DNA of 31,268 nt from Candidatus Micrarchaeota archaeon (GTDB lineage Archaea; Micrarchaeota; Micrarchaeia; Anstonellales; Bilamarchaeaceae). Below the pieces are notes generated by a model, which worked only from the letters and a program-made list of their open reading frames with translations, had not been told where the DNA came from and searched no databases. Each line of letters begins with the position of its first letter. Positions within the stretch are counted from its first letter, which is position 1. The position numbers and the translations under genes were made by a program. Shown piece by piece: positions 7,323 through 16,003 of the stretch. Location: contig JBFMCO010000004.1 of the NCBI GenBank assembly GCA_040754495.1, forward strand, positions 1-31,268. The letters run 5' to 3'.

Positions 7323-10300
7323 TCATTCCGTCCCTGCGATTTTCTTCGGCGGCGGGCCGAGCAGGTATGCCTTGTTGTGGAACGGAAGCGCATAGGGCGC
7401 GAGCTGGTCCATGCCACGGACCACCTTCCAGAGCGCATCGCGCATGCCCGCGGCCTCTTCCGGCTTGGGCTCCCCCTCGCGCAGCGCGTATATGAGGAAA
7501 GACGCCTTCAGGATGCGCTCGGCGTCCCCGGTGAGAAGGTGCATCGACACGCCGGGTATCAGCTCCTGCCCCTCGACGCTCATGTGCGGGTCGACCGCCA
7601 TCTGGGGATTGAAGTCCGAATATGCGTAGAAGACCATGATTTCCAAATCGCGCGGCAGGATTCCCAGCTTCGCCGCGACATCCTGCACGATTGCCGAATC
7701 GCCAACGTCCAGGACGATGCCATCAAGGTATCTCGTGGCGTGCATGTCGAGCCCGTTGCCTGCGACGTCCGTCTGCGAGTTGAATATCGAATGCCGGGCC
7801 TCCTGGCCGGGCTCGGATTCGGGCTCCGGCCAGCTCATGCCCATGGCTTCTTTGGCCCACCGCGCGACCTCCGGATTGCGCGCCCGGGCGAGCGGAGCGA
7901 GCTCTTCGGCCGGCACCACGCCTGCGACGAAGTCGAACATCGCCCGCCTCCTTTGCGACGAGTCCGGGGCGTTCTTCAGCTTCTTCATGATGAGCCCGCT
8001 CCAGCTCCCTATCCGGGGGCGCAGGAGCTCGAGCAGCTTGTCCCTGTCATCCCGCTGGGACACGACAGCGAACACTGTGCATATGGCTATGGTATGGGCA
8101 TCCATCGAGGATTTGGGCGGCGCGCTCTCGGCCGCTTCTATGAATACGTCGAATATCTGCCCGAGTTCCAGATAGCCGGTGGATTTTTCCATTGCCAAAT
8201 CAAGGAGCCCGCGGTATTGGGCGGATACCGCGAAGCCGCGCGGGTCGTCGTGGATGAGTGCGGCCACCCAGGGGTATGATACCGCGCCGGGGCTTGTCGC
8301 CTCTTCCATCTCCACATCCACGCCTTCTTCATCCTCTGCGGCGGCCGTGGCCGCTTCCGGCTCTGCATCAGCCGCTTCCGTTTCGTTCTGCGCTGCGGGC
8401 CCTTGGTCTTGGGAGATTCCCGTTGGTGTTTTAGGCGGCTGGCCAAGAACGTAGCGCATCTTTAGCGTGATGTCGTCCGGCTTCGGCTTTCCAGGCCGGG
8501 TCCTGCAAGTGCAGAGCGTCGGATGCTCCTTCGTGCTCCCGCTGCTCTTTCCGACGCGGCGCGCGGCCTCCGCAATCATCGAGTCCCGCGCGAAAGTCAG
8601 GTCCGAGCCGCTCTGGCTGATGAATATGCCGAATTCGTGGTCGCAGATTGGCACGCCCATCCCGTCCGAGCACAGCGCAAGGATGTCGCCGGGCCTTAGC
8701 GTGAACGCATCATAACCCCCTGCCGAGTTATTGACATGGACATGCGGCATGATGTGCCCGAGGGCCGCGGCGACTCCCCCCTTCACAATCATGTTGCTGT
8801 GCGCTTGGAATATCTCGTCTGTCCTCGCCTCCACCTGCGCGTCGAACTGCTGCAACAGCTGGCCGTCAAGGCGCTCCACGTCATGGCCTGCATCAGCCCA
8901 TGCCTTGCCGACCTCCGCGAGGGCCATGAGGCGCAAATCCTGCCGCGCGCCCCACTCGCTGGAGTGGCCCACGCTAGAGAAGACGGCCTCGCCTTCCCTG
9001 AGTATCTTCCAGTCGCTGTCGCCGCAGTGTATGCCCCAGAAGCGGTCATTGTGCTGCATGGCTATCGTTATCGTGCTGCCCATGTCGTTCTCGCGCGAAT
9101 CGTCGGCGCTTGCCTTCGAGCGTATCTGCTCCATGACCACCGCAAGGTCGGCCAGCAGGATGGTGCGCCGGGCATCCTCGGGCGTGGATATCCAGCCCGC
9201 GACCGCAGCAAGCTCGAACACCTCTTTGGCGACTGCGCTCGCCCTCTGGCCGTTGGTCCGGCCGCTGCCGTCCGTACCGGTGTTGTGCCCGCCCATGCCG
9301 TCTGCGACCATATCAAGGATGACCCGGCTCCCGTCCGGCATCTCGACTTCGGCGCTGGAGCACGAGTCCTCGTTCGGCAGCTCTTTTCCGTTCCCGTCGT
9401 TCTTGGCCAGCGTCCCCCAGCCCGCGCCGCCCACGGAGCCGTATGGCCTCCTTGCATCCGCTCCGAGGAAATCCGCGAGCGTTACGAACTCGGCCTCGCG
9501 CTTGGCCATGCCAATAAGCGAGGCGTGATGCATCGCGGGCCCGAGGGAGGCGAGTTTGAGGACTTCGTCAATATAATGGCTGTTGCTCGTGTGCCGGACA
9601 AACGCCGTCCAGAGCCTTTTGTGGTCGTCCTCCGCAAGGGAAGAGAGGTCGACGCGCTTGCCGAGCATCCTGGAGGCGAGTGCCGTTTCCTCCGGAGTGA
9701 ATGCCGCATCGGGGACGAACCTGAGCTTGTGGGCGAGGGATGATGCCGTGAGCAGGTCGTACATGCCGTGCCTCCACCACTGCAGGCGCTCCTCTTTCGA
9801 AGGCGAGAACCATCGCTCGCACTTGTCGTGCAGGTAATCCGCCATGGCCTTGACCTCGCCGGTCCTCTGGAAATCAGCGGGTATGAGCTGGGGCGGCGTC
9901 TTTCCCAGCACCCAGGCCAGCATGGACGACTCGTGGTCGCTGAACGTCCCGCGGCCTGCGCGCATCTTCTCGAGAAGCGAGTCCACGGCGGCCTGATGGG
10001 AATATTTCGAGTCCCACCATCTGAGCAGCTCGTCTTCATCGCCGCGCAGCCATACGCCGAAGGACTGGATATGCCCCGCGGTGACCGCTTCGGGCTTTAT
10101 GTCGAAAAGGGATGCGACCAGATGCTTCTGCGTCGCCGTAAGCGCCTGGGGGTTGGTGACCGTGAGCAGTTTCTCCTCTGTAGAAGGTTCCGCGAGCCCG
10201 CATTTCTGATAAAGCGAGCCCCTCATCTGGTGGAGCGCAGCTATGCCGGCCTTCCACTCGCTGCCGAGCCACGTGTCTGCAACAAGCTCCCGGATTATGA

Positions 10301-12869
10301 GTTCCCTCCGGCCCGCATCGAGCTTCAGGAATTCAGCCAGCACGAACTCGTCGCATTCTTTCCTTCCCATGACCTCGGCCACGAGGTTCTTCTCGTACAG
10401 CAGCAGCGAGTCGAATATCTCCTTGGCGCCCTTCTTCGCCTTCTCCGCTTCCGCAGCCTCCCGGGCTTTCTGCTGCGGCGCATCTTCCGGGACAGGAAGC
10501 GGCTCCCGGTCCACCAGCGCAGTGGCGAGCCCGAGCGCGAGTCCCGGCGAATAGGACCTGCGCAGAAGCTTCACCGCAGGCAGGCATCTGGCCTCTATGG
10601 TGTCATCATGGAAATCGAAGCGGACATAGCGCACGAGCGCCCTTGCCACCCTGCGGACAAGGACGTTCCTCTCTATGTCCTTGCCGCTCTCATCCTTCCG
10701 CGGGGGTAGGAGCGGCTCCAGCTCCGCATCCAGGACGTCGTTTGTGAAGGGGAAATCGAATTTCGGGAGCCCTGGCATCTGCGGAGCGGCTTCCGGCGCT
10801 TCGGCTCCGGGCTGTGATTCCTCTGGAAGCACCGGCTGGGCCGAAGCCTGCGGCGGCCCGGGAACTTCCGCTTCGTCCTGTGGCTGCGCCTCAGGCTGCA
10901 CCTGGGCCGGCGGGGCCTCAGGCGCGATGGCCGGCGCAGGCGAAGGCTTGCCAAGGAGCTTCTCGGCGGACCTGAGCTGGGCCAGCCCGTACGCATCGAC
11001 CACCACGGCCGCTTCACTGACTATGCCTTCATGAGTCGGCGCCTGCCTGAGCCGCTCGAGGGAGTCCCGGAAGCACGGCGCGGAGTCCGCAGGCGCGACC
11101 CCAAGTTCCAGATACATGCGCAGGTTCCTTGCGGCCTGCCTTATCAGCGCTGCCCTCGCATCGGTCTTGGGCGGAAGGACTGCCTCGAGTGCAGCGTCGG
11201 TGGCCGGATTGCCGTATGGGAATGTAAGCTCTATCGCAGCGACTGAGGCGAGGGCCTCTTCTATGGTGGAGGGGTGTGCAGGAGATTCGACGGGCACTTC
11301 CGCAGCGGCCTGAGGCTGCGGCGCGGGAGGTTCACGCTCTTCCAGGCGGGTGGCAGTCTCTGGGCTGGGAAGGGGCACGACCTCGGGCTCTGCGACGCCC
11401 GATGGCAGCTTCGGTGCCTGGGGCATTGGAGGTTCCTGGGGAGCTATGTCGGGCGGAGGCGGCTGCAGGGTCGTGAAAGATTCCCTCATGCCCCTCCTCT
11501 CGTCTACCACGGCCATGGCTATTTCGTAATCGGGCGCATGCATGAATTCCTGGCTTTTCGAGAGGAGCTGCATCATCCGAACCCCGCGGGGGACCAGGCC
11601 CGGGTCGACGCCCGGGGATTCCTTCAGGGCCCTGTATTCCGCTATCATGTCGCGCGCTATTCGGAGGTCCTCGTGTGCCTGGGTCCGGGCATCTTCCTCC
11701 TGCATTGACGGAGCAAGCACGCGGACGCGCTCCTCCAAAGCGACAGCCTCGAGCGCGATGCGCATCATGGCGCGGAGGTCGGGCGCTTTCGCAGCCTGTA
11801 TGAATTCGGCGTCTCTCCCCAGGGAAACGGCCACGGCGGAAGCCCCTCCACCCCCAGCTTCATCAAGGACGAGCCGCTGCGCTGCAGCCGCATGCAGGGC
11901 GGCCTCATCCGCCTTCTCCGGAGAGAACTCGAACCCGGGCAGGTCGATATGCGAGCGGGCGAGTGGCCTGCCGGAGCGCAGCACGAACTGGAGCTGGGCC
12001 GCAAGGTCCCCTTTCGAGGCCGGCTCCGGCGCCTCTTCCCTGCATAATGGGAAATTGTCGAATGCCGGCATGCCCCAGGCGGCAGCCACGGCCCTCGCTA
12101 TCGACTCGGAATCGAAACCCACGCCGGCCCTGCCCGCTATCGTCGGCTGCAACCAGCGCTTCATAAGGGACGGCCTGAGCCTTAGCATCGAGTGCCGGGG
12201 GGTACCTGAGTCTCTCTCGCCCAATTCAACACCTGTTTCTGTCCATATACTTTTGTGTAAAGACAATTTTAAAAGGTTGATGTTCGTGGCGAGGAGGGAT
12301 GGAAGCGAGCGCTCGACGAGAGACCGTGCAAGGCCCACCACGGCCGCCTCGTAGCCTGGCATTCCATGCATCCCGGAGAGCTCTGAAACCGGCCCGCGGT
12401 AGAACCCGTTCATGTCTTGCATGGGGAATGCGCATTCTACGTAGCGGTCGAGAAGCCTTGCCAGCACCCTGACGTGGTGCGCGTGCTCGTAGCCTGTTGG
12501 AAGGCTGGTGCCCAGCATCGCCTCGAGGCCGGCGTTCGTCCAGGAGCAAGACGGCGAGAATGGCACCAGGGTCTCCGGAAGGCCCCCGAAGGCAAGGCGC
12601 TGGTTCCGTATGTCCTCAGGAAGGAAGTCGCGCTCCACCACCCACAGCTCGCGGCCCGGAATGAGGTCGGCAAGCCTGCGGAGCGCATCGCGATAGCCGC
12701 GCATGGTGCATGAGAGCGATTCGTAGTCGGGGGGCTTGGCCCGTATCGAATCCATGAGAGCGCCGGCGGCTGTGCGGAATGTTTTCGCGCGGGATTCGAT
12801 GGGGCTGGCCATGCCCCTACGCCTCTGCAGGGACCGCTCTGGCCATTGCGGAGTCCGGGGCGTGTACAT
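7323..12869 (-). CDS. Giant (1848 aa) multidomain protein containing a PP2C/PPM-family Ser/Thr phosphatase domain
   Basis: PPM motifs at about aa 1165-1470: PNEDS, VADGMGGH, DMGST, HCGDS, LCSDGMG, KPDDIT. All four metal-binding Asp positions are present. The rest is Pro-rich linkers and unassigned helical domains. A GTGGTG RBS-like sequence precedes the ATG. Confidence 0.85.
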   Translation of the reverse strand: MYTPRTPQWPERSLQRRRGMASPIESRAKTFRTAAGALMDSIRAKPPDYESLSCTMRGYRDALRRLADLIPGRELWVVERDFLPEDIRNQRLAFGGLPETLVPFSPSCSWTNAGLEAMLGTSLPTGYEHAHHVRVLARLLDRYVECAFPMQDMNGFYRGPVSELSGMHGMPGYEAAVVGLARSLVERSLPSLLATNINLLKLSLHKSIWTETGVELGERDSGTPRHSMLRLRPSLMKRWLQPTIAGRAGVGFDSESIARAVAAAWGMPAFDNFPLCREEAPEPASKGDLAAQLQFVLRSGRPLARSHIDLPGFEFSPEKADEAALHAAAAQRLVLDEAGGGGASAVAVSLGRDAEFIQAAKAPDLRAMMRIALEAVALEERVRVLAPSMQEEDARTQAHEDLRIARDMIAEYRALKESPGVDPGLVPRGVRMMQLLSKSQEFMHAPDYEIAMAVVDERRGMRESFTTLQPPPPDIAPQEPPMPQAPKLPSGVAEPEVVPLPSPETATRLEEREPPAPQPQAAAEVPVESPAHPSTIEEALASVAAIELTFPYGNPATDAALEAVLPPKTDARAALIRQAARNLRMYLELGVAPADSAPCFRDSLERLRQAPTHEGIVSEAAVVVDAYGLAQLRSAEKLLGKPSPAPAIAPEAPPAQVQPEAQPQDEAEVPGPPQASAQPVLPEESQPGAEAPEAAPQMPGLPKFDFPFTNDVLDAELEPLLPPRKDESGKDIERNVLVRRVARALVRYVRFDFHDDTIEARCLPAVKLLRRSYSPGLALGLATALVDREPLPVPEDAPQQKAREAAEAEKAKKGAKEIFDSLLLYEKNLVAEVMGRKECDEFVLAEFLKLDAGRRELIIRELVADTWLGSEWKAGIAALHQMRGSLYQKCGLAEPSTEEKLLTVTNPQALTATQKHLVASLFDIKPEAVTAGHIQSFGVWLRGDEDELLRWWDSKYSHQAAVDSLLEKMRAGRGTFSDHESSMLAWVLGKTPPQLIPADFQRTGEVKAMADYLHDKCERWFSPSKEERLQWWRHGMYDLLTASSLAHKLRFVPDAAFTPEETALASRMLGKRVDLSSLAEDDHKRLWTAFVRHTSNSHYIDEVLKLASLGPAMHHASLIGMAKREAEFVTLADFLGADARRPYGSVGGAGWGTLAKNDGNGKELPNEDSCSSAEVEMPDGSRVILDMVADGMGGHNTGTDGSGRTNGQRASAVAKEVFELAAVAGWISTPEDARRTILLADLAVVMEQIRSKASADDSRENDMGSTITIAMQHNDRFWGIHCGDSDWKILREGEAVFSSVGHSSEWGARQDLRLMALAEVGKAWADAGHDVERLDGQLLQQFDAQVEARTDEIFQAHSNMIVKGGVAAALGHIMPHVHVNNSAGGYDAFTLRPGDILALCSDGMGVPICDHEFGIFISQSGSDLTFARDSMIAEAARRVGKSSGSTKEHPTLCTCRTRPGKPKPDDITLKMRYVLGQPPKTPTGISQDQGPAAQNETEAADAEPEAATAAAEDEEGVDVEMEEATSPGAVSYPWVAALIHDDPRGFAVSAQYRGLLDLAMEKSTGYLELGQIFDVFIEAAESAPPKSSMDAHTIAICTVFAVVSQRDDRDKLLELLRPRIGSWSGLIMKKLKNAPDSSQRRRAMFDFVAGVVPAEELAPLARARNPEVARWAKEAMGMSWPEPESEPGQEARHSIFNSQTDVAGNGLDMHATRYLDGIVLDVGDSAIVQDVAAKLGILPRDLEIMVFYAYSDFNPQMAVDPHMSVEGQELIPGVSMHLLTGDAERILKASFLIYALREGEPKPEEAAGMRDALWKVVRGMDQLAPYALPFHNKAYLLGPPPKKIAGTE

Positions 12870-12968
12870 TGCACCACATGTTTATTTCAATATAACTTTG
12901 TGCTTTTGGGAGTGTGAATTAGATGAAACGCAGGGTTTAAATAGTATGTATCAGGGGAGTGCGGGAAA

Positions 12969-13141
12969 CAGTAGTTCCGAACATCTTCTGCCACGTCTGC
13001 ACTACTACGGCGGTTTTCGGTTTCCGGTTTCCTGTTTTGGCTGCGAATATTGTAAACTGCTATTTCGTCCGAAACTGGAAACACGGGACTCAAAACCACC
13101 ACATAATGGCAGTTTGTGTCTGCGAACGTTCGGATGTACTG
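12969..13141. mobile_element. MITE-like element copy A (173 bp)
   Basis: 14-bp imperfect TIRs (CAGTAGTTCCGAAC at left; right end reverse-complements to CAGTACATCCGAAC). Exact 6-bp flanking direct repeat GGGAAA (12963-12968 and 13142-13147). Internal heptad-repeat hairpin; no ORF. Homologous to copy B. Confidence 0.75.
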
Positions 13142-13151
13142 GGGAAAACTG

Positions 13152-13868
13152 TCAGGCCACCGGGACCTGGAACAGGACGCCCACGAGGTATCCTGCGAGC
13201 GCTGCCGTGCCGCCGATTATCATCAGCTCGAGGCCGCCATTGAGCCACTTCCCGGAGGTGAGGCTGCTCTTGTACGCCCCGACGACGAAGAGGATGGCGA
13301 GCGATGAGGCGAGGGAAACCGCGATGGACTCGGCTATCGGCAGGAAGAAGAACGGCGTTATCGGGATGAAAGAGCCGACTATCGCGCTGAAGCCGACAAG
13401 GGCCCCCTGCCAGAATGGGGACATGGCCTCGGCCGGGTCCTCCAGCTTGAGCTCCTCCTTCATCATCGTGCTGAGCCAGACCTTTTTGTCCGAGCAGATT
13501 TTGTCCACGACGTCTTTCAGCAGCTTGCCGCTGAACCCCTTCGCGCGGTATATATCCTCTATTTCCTTGCGCTCCATCTCTGGTATCTCGTCTATCTCGC
13601 GGAGCTCGCGCCTGACTTCGGACTGGTAGTGCTCGGCTTCTGCCCTCGTAGATGTGTAAGCCACGGCCGCCATGCTGATGCTTTCCGCGAATGTCGCGGC
13701 CAGGCCTGCAAGGAGGACGATGGGGTTGGAGTTGGTTGCTGCTGCGACGCCGAGGACAATGCCGAGGACATTCACCACGCCGTCCTGCCCGCCGAGGATT
13801 ATGTTGCGGAAGAGCAGGCCGAGCTGGGTCGTGTGGTTCTCCTGGTGGGGCGGGACGCTTTCTGCCAC
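13152..13868 (-). CDS. VIT1/CCC1 family (Fe2+/Mn2+) transporter
   Basis: IILGGQDGVV...AATFAESISMAAVAYTS signature, EIEDIYRAKGF cytoplasmic domain, and GSFIPITPFF plus further TM helices. The start is uncertain: GTG at 13868 is preferred, and the ORF extends to 13910. Confidence 0.9.
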   Translation of the reverse strand: MAESVPPHQENHTTQLGLLFRNIILGGQDGVVNVLGIVLGVAAATNSNPIVLLAGLAATFAESISMAAVAYTSTRAEAEHYQSEVRRELREIDEIPEMERKEIEDIYRAKGFSGKLLKDVVDKICSDKKVWLSTMMKEELKLEDPAEAMSPFWQGALVGFSAIVGSFIPITPFFFLPIAESIAVSLASSLAILFVVGAYKSSLTSGKWLNGGLELMIIGGTAALAGYLVGVLFQVPVA

Positions 13869-13923
13869 GCAGGAGTAGCGGAAATCAGGTTTATTATAGT
13901 TTGCCAGCATCTATCAAGCAACC

Positions 13924-14257
13924 GGGCTCGTAGCTCAGCAGCAGAGCGCTCCGTTCGCATCAAACTTTTGGGAACGGCAAAGAACGGCGAACCGTTCTTT
14001 GCGCCCATGGAAGCATTGCTTCCATAGGGAAGTTTGATCAAAACTGGCTGTTGAAAAACCCTGTCGGGTTTTTCGGCGAAAGCCATTTTGCCCGCAAGGG
14101 CAAAATTAGCAAGCCGGTTTTGATCGCCCTTTTCCTAAAAGGGCGGAAATCGGAGAGGCCGGGGGTGCGAGATTGTGTTTCCAGTCTCGGGTTCCCAGTT
14201 TCGCAACGGAACTGGAAACGGAAAACCGGAAACCCAACGCATTTCCCCCCGAGTCCA
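13924..14257 (+). tRNA. tRNA-Ala(CGC) with two introns (13960-14149 at 37/38; 14172-14243 at 59/60)
   Basis: Acceptor GGGCTCG/CGAGTCC with G3:U70 and A73 (Ala identity). D arm GCTC/GAGC, anticodon stem CTCCG/CGGAG with loop TT-CGC-A|T, variable loop AGGCC, T stem GGGGG/CCCCC. The second intron has a full hBHBh' motif (TGCG/CGCA helix, 3-nt bulges, TTG/CAA). TATA-like TTTATTATA upstream, oligo-T downstream, no encoded CCA. Confidence 0.9.
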
Positions 14258-14271
14258 TTTTTCTTTTTTTT
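14258..14271 (+). terminator. Oligo-T terminator after tRNA-Ala
   Basis: TTTTTCTTTTTTTT directly after discriminator A73. Confidence 0.7.
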
Positions 14272-14305
14272 ACTGCTTCCAGCCGCAGCCACGACTAGTC
14301 CATTT

Positions 14306-16003
14306 CTATTTCCTGATTAACCTTACGTATAGCGAAATGTCATCGTCCTTTCCGCCGCGGTCCGGGCAGCCGCACGTGGTCTTGTAAGTCTGCCTCGACT
14401 CCCTGCGTGAATCCGCCAGCGATACTATCTTCCGGACCGCCTCCTCCTGCGAAGCCGGGAGCGACATCGCAAGCTCGTGCTCGCACACCGTGTCCCCGAT
14501 GCCGTCAGTGTAGGTGAAGGCCGCGTCGCCAATCTGGAGGATGATTGGCTCGTAAAGGCCCCTTGGCTTGTTGTTTATGTCTATTGCGCGCGGTCCGATG
14601 CCAAGGCCTGCCCAGATGCGGTTTCCGAACCCGTGCGCGTTCGTCGAGAAGAGAGTCTTGCCGGCGCGCACTATCAGCGATTTGCTGTCGCCGCAGTTGA
14701 TCGAGTAGAATCGGTTCCCTTCGAAATACGAGACGGTGGCAGTGGTTCCCATGTCATGAAGGCCGGTGCGCTTTTTCTCCATGTTTATCGCGATGTCCGC
14801 AAGCACCACTGCGCGCCGGACATCCTCCGGGCAGCGAATCCACCCTGCAAGCGCGGAAACCTCGAGGGCCTGCTTCGCAACCGAGCTTGCGACGCTGGCG
14901 CCGTGGTAGCCGCTCACGCCGTCGAAGACTGAATCGAGCGAGATGCGCCGGCCGCCCACGAGGATTTCAAGCGACGACTTCGAATCGCCGTTGGATGGGT
15001 GGTCGCCCTCCAGGTTCATGCTTCCGATGCAGATGCCCCTCGCCCCGTCTATGGACGCAGAATGCGCCTCTCGCGCTATTCCGAGCGAATCGAGCACCGT
15101 CTCGAACTCCATGCTGGCTCGCGCGTCTTCGAGCAGCGGCTCCTTGCCTCCCCATACCAGGTGGGGAAGGGTTGTCAGCGGACCGTGCAGGTAGAAATCG
15201 AAGCCGTTTGCGGCCGAGGAAGCGAGGATATCGTTCATCCCATGGCTGATTTGATTGGACCGGAACGCCCTGCGCAGGAGCATCTCCTCGTCAGCAGTGA
15301 GGAGCGGCTTGTCCGTGAACCTGAGCTTGTGCACCAGAGAGGCCAGCGTGGACGCGCACGGATTCATGCGGCGCCACTCCGTTCCAAGGGATTCCGGCAG
15401 AAGGTGCGACACCCAGCGCCTGAATTCGTCCATCTGGGCATGTGTCAGGCCGCGGCTTGCGACTTCCGGAAAAGCGGAGAAGAAACCGAGCTGCGCCTGC
15501 GAAAGCTCCCCTGGCGCCATGAGGGCGCGCATCCTCTGCTCCGCGGTCGGCCCGGCAAGGGCGAGCTTCCCCTCGAGGGACTCCATAGCGGAGCGCGCCT
15601 CATCCAGTTCGGCCGATACCAGGTCCGCGCAGTAATGGGCAGGCCGCTTGCCGTCCCGCACTTCCTGCTCCCGCCTGGTCGTCCATCTTCCAGAGGTCCA
15701 GATTGCGCTTATGGCATTCTTCATGCGCAGCTCTCTCACGCCCGGGTCCATCGACCGCAGGGCCTCAAGCTCCTCCCCGCCGACACTGGCGCAGCGGAGC
15801 GCCGCCAGAACAAGCGCCTCTTCCGCCACAGCAAGGCCGTGCGCATCGGATGCATGGGCCGGCTCATCTGAGATATGGACGCCCCAGTTTCCTGCTATGC
15901 TCCGGGCGAGTTCCTCGTGGTCAAAGGATATGCCCTTCCTGCCGGCGAGCGTGCTGAGCGTAGCGAATCGCGTCGTTTTCCGTGCGCGCTCCTGATGCGA
16001 CAT
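14306..16003 (-). CDS. PP2C/PPM-family phosphatase with N-terminal helical extension; paralog of the central part of the 1848-aa protein
   Basis: Motifs SNGDS, VFDGVSGYHG, DMGTT, NCGDS, YTDGIGD, KDDDIS. ATG at 16003 follows GAGAGGG; the track ORF starts at 16018. Confidence 0.85.
   Translation of the reverse strand: MSHQERARKTTRFATLSTLAGRKGISFDHEELARSIAGNWGVHISDEPAHASDAHGLAVAEEALVLAALRCASVGGEELEALRSMDPGVRELRMKNAISAIWTSGRWTTRREQEVRDGKRPAHYCADLVSAELDEARSAMESLEGKLALAGPTAEQRMRALMAPGELSQAQLGFFSAFPEVASRGLTHAQMDEFRRWVSHLLPESLGTEWRRMNPCASTLASLVHKLRFTDKPLLTADEEMLLRRAFRSNQISHGMNDILASSAANGFDFYLHGPLTTLPHLVWGGKEPLLEDARASMEFETVLDSLGIAREAHSASIDGARGICIGSMNLEGDHPSNGDSKSSLEILVGGRRISLDSVFDGVSGYHGASVASSVAKQALEVSALAGWIRCPEDVRRAVVLADIAINMEKKRTGLHDMGTTATVSYFEGNRFYSINCGDSKSLIVRAGKTLFSTNAHGFGNRIWAGLGIGPRAIDINNKPRGLYEPIILQIGDAAFTYTDGIGDTVCEHELAMSLPASQEEAVRKIVSLADSRRESRQTYKTTCGCPDRGGKDDDISLYVRLIRK

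Noticed and set aside
12887-13102. 71-aa ORF upstream of the giant gene
   Set aside because: It lies mostly inside MITE copy A and runs through the promoter; it is the translation of heptad repeats.
13960-14149. Group I intron or C/D-box guide RNA inside the tRNA intron
   Set aside because: No register gives a 5' exon ending in U together with a terminal G. No P7-like core is visible, and there are no RUGAUGA/CUGA boxes.
13799-14387. Short ORFs across 13.8-14.4 kb (95, 84, 89 and 70 aa)
   Set aside because: They overlap the tRNA-Ala gene and its introns and have no protein-like features.
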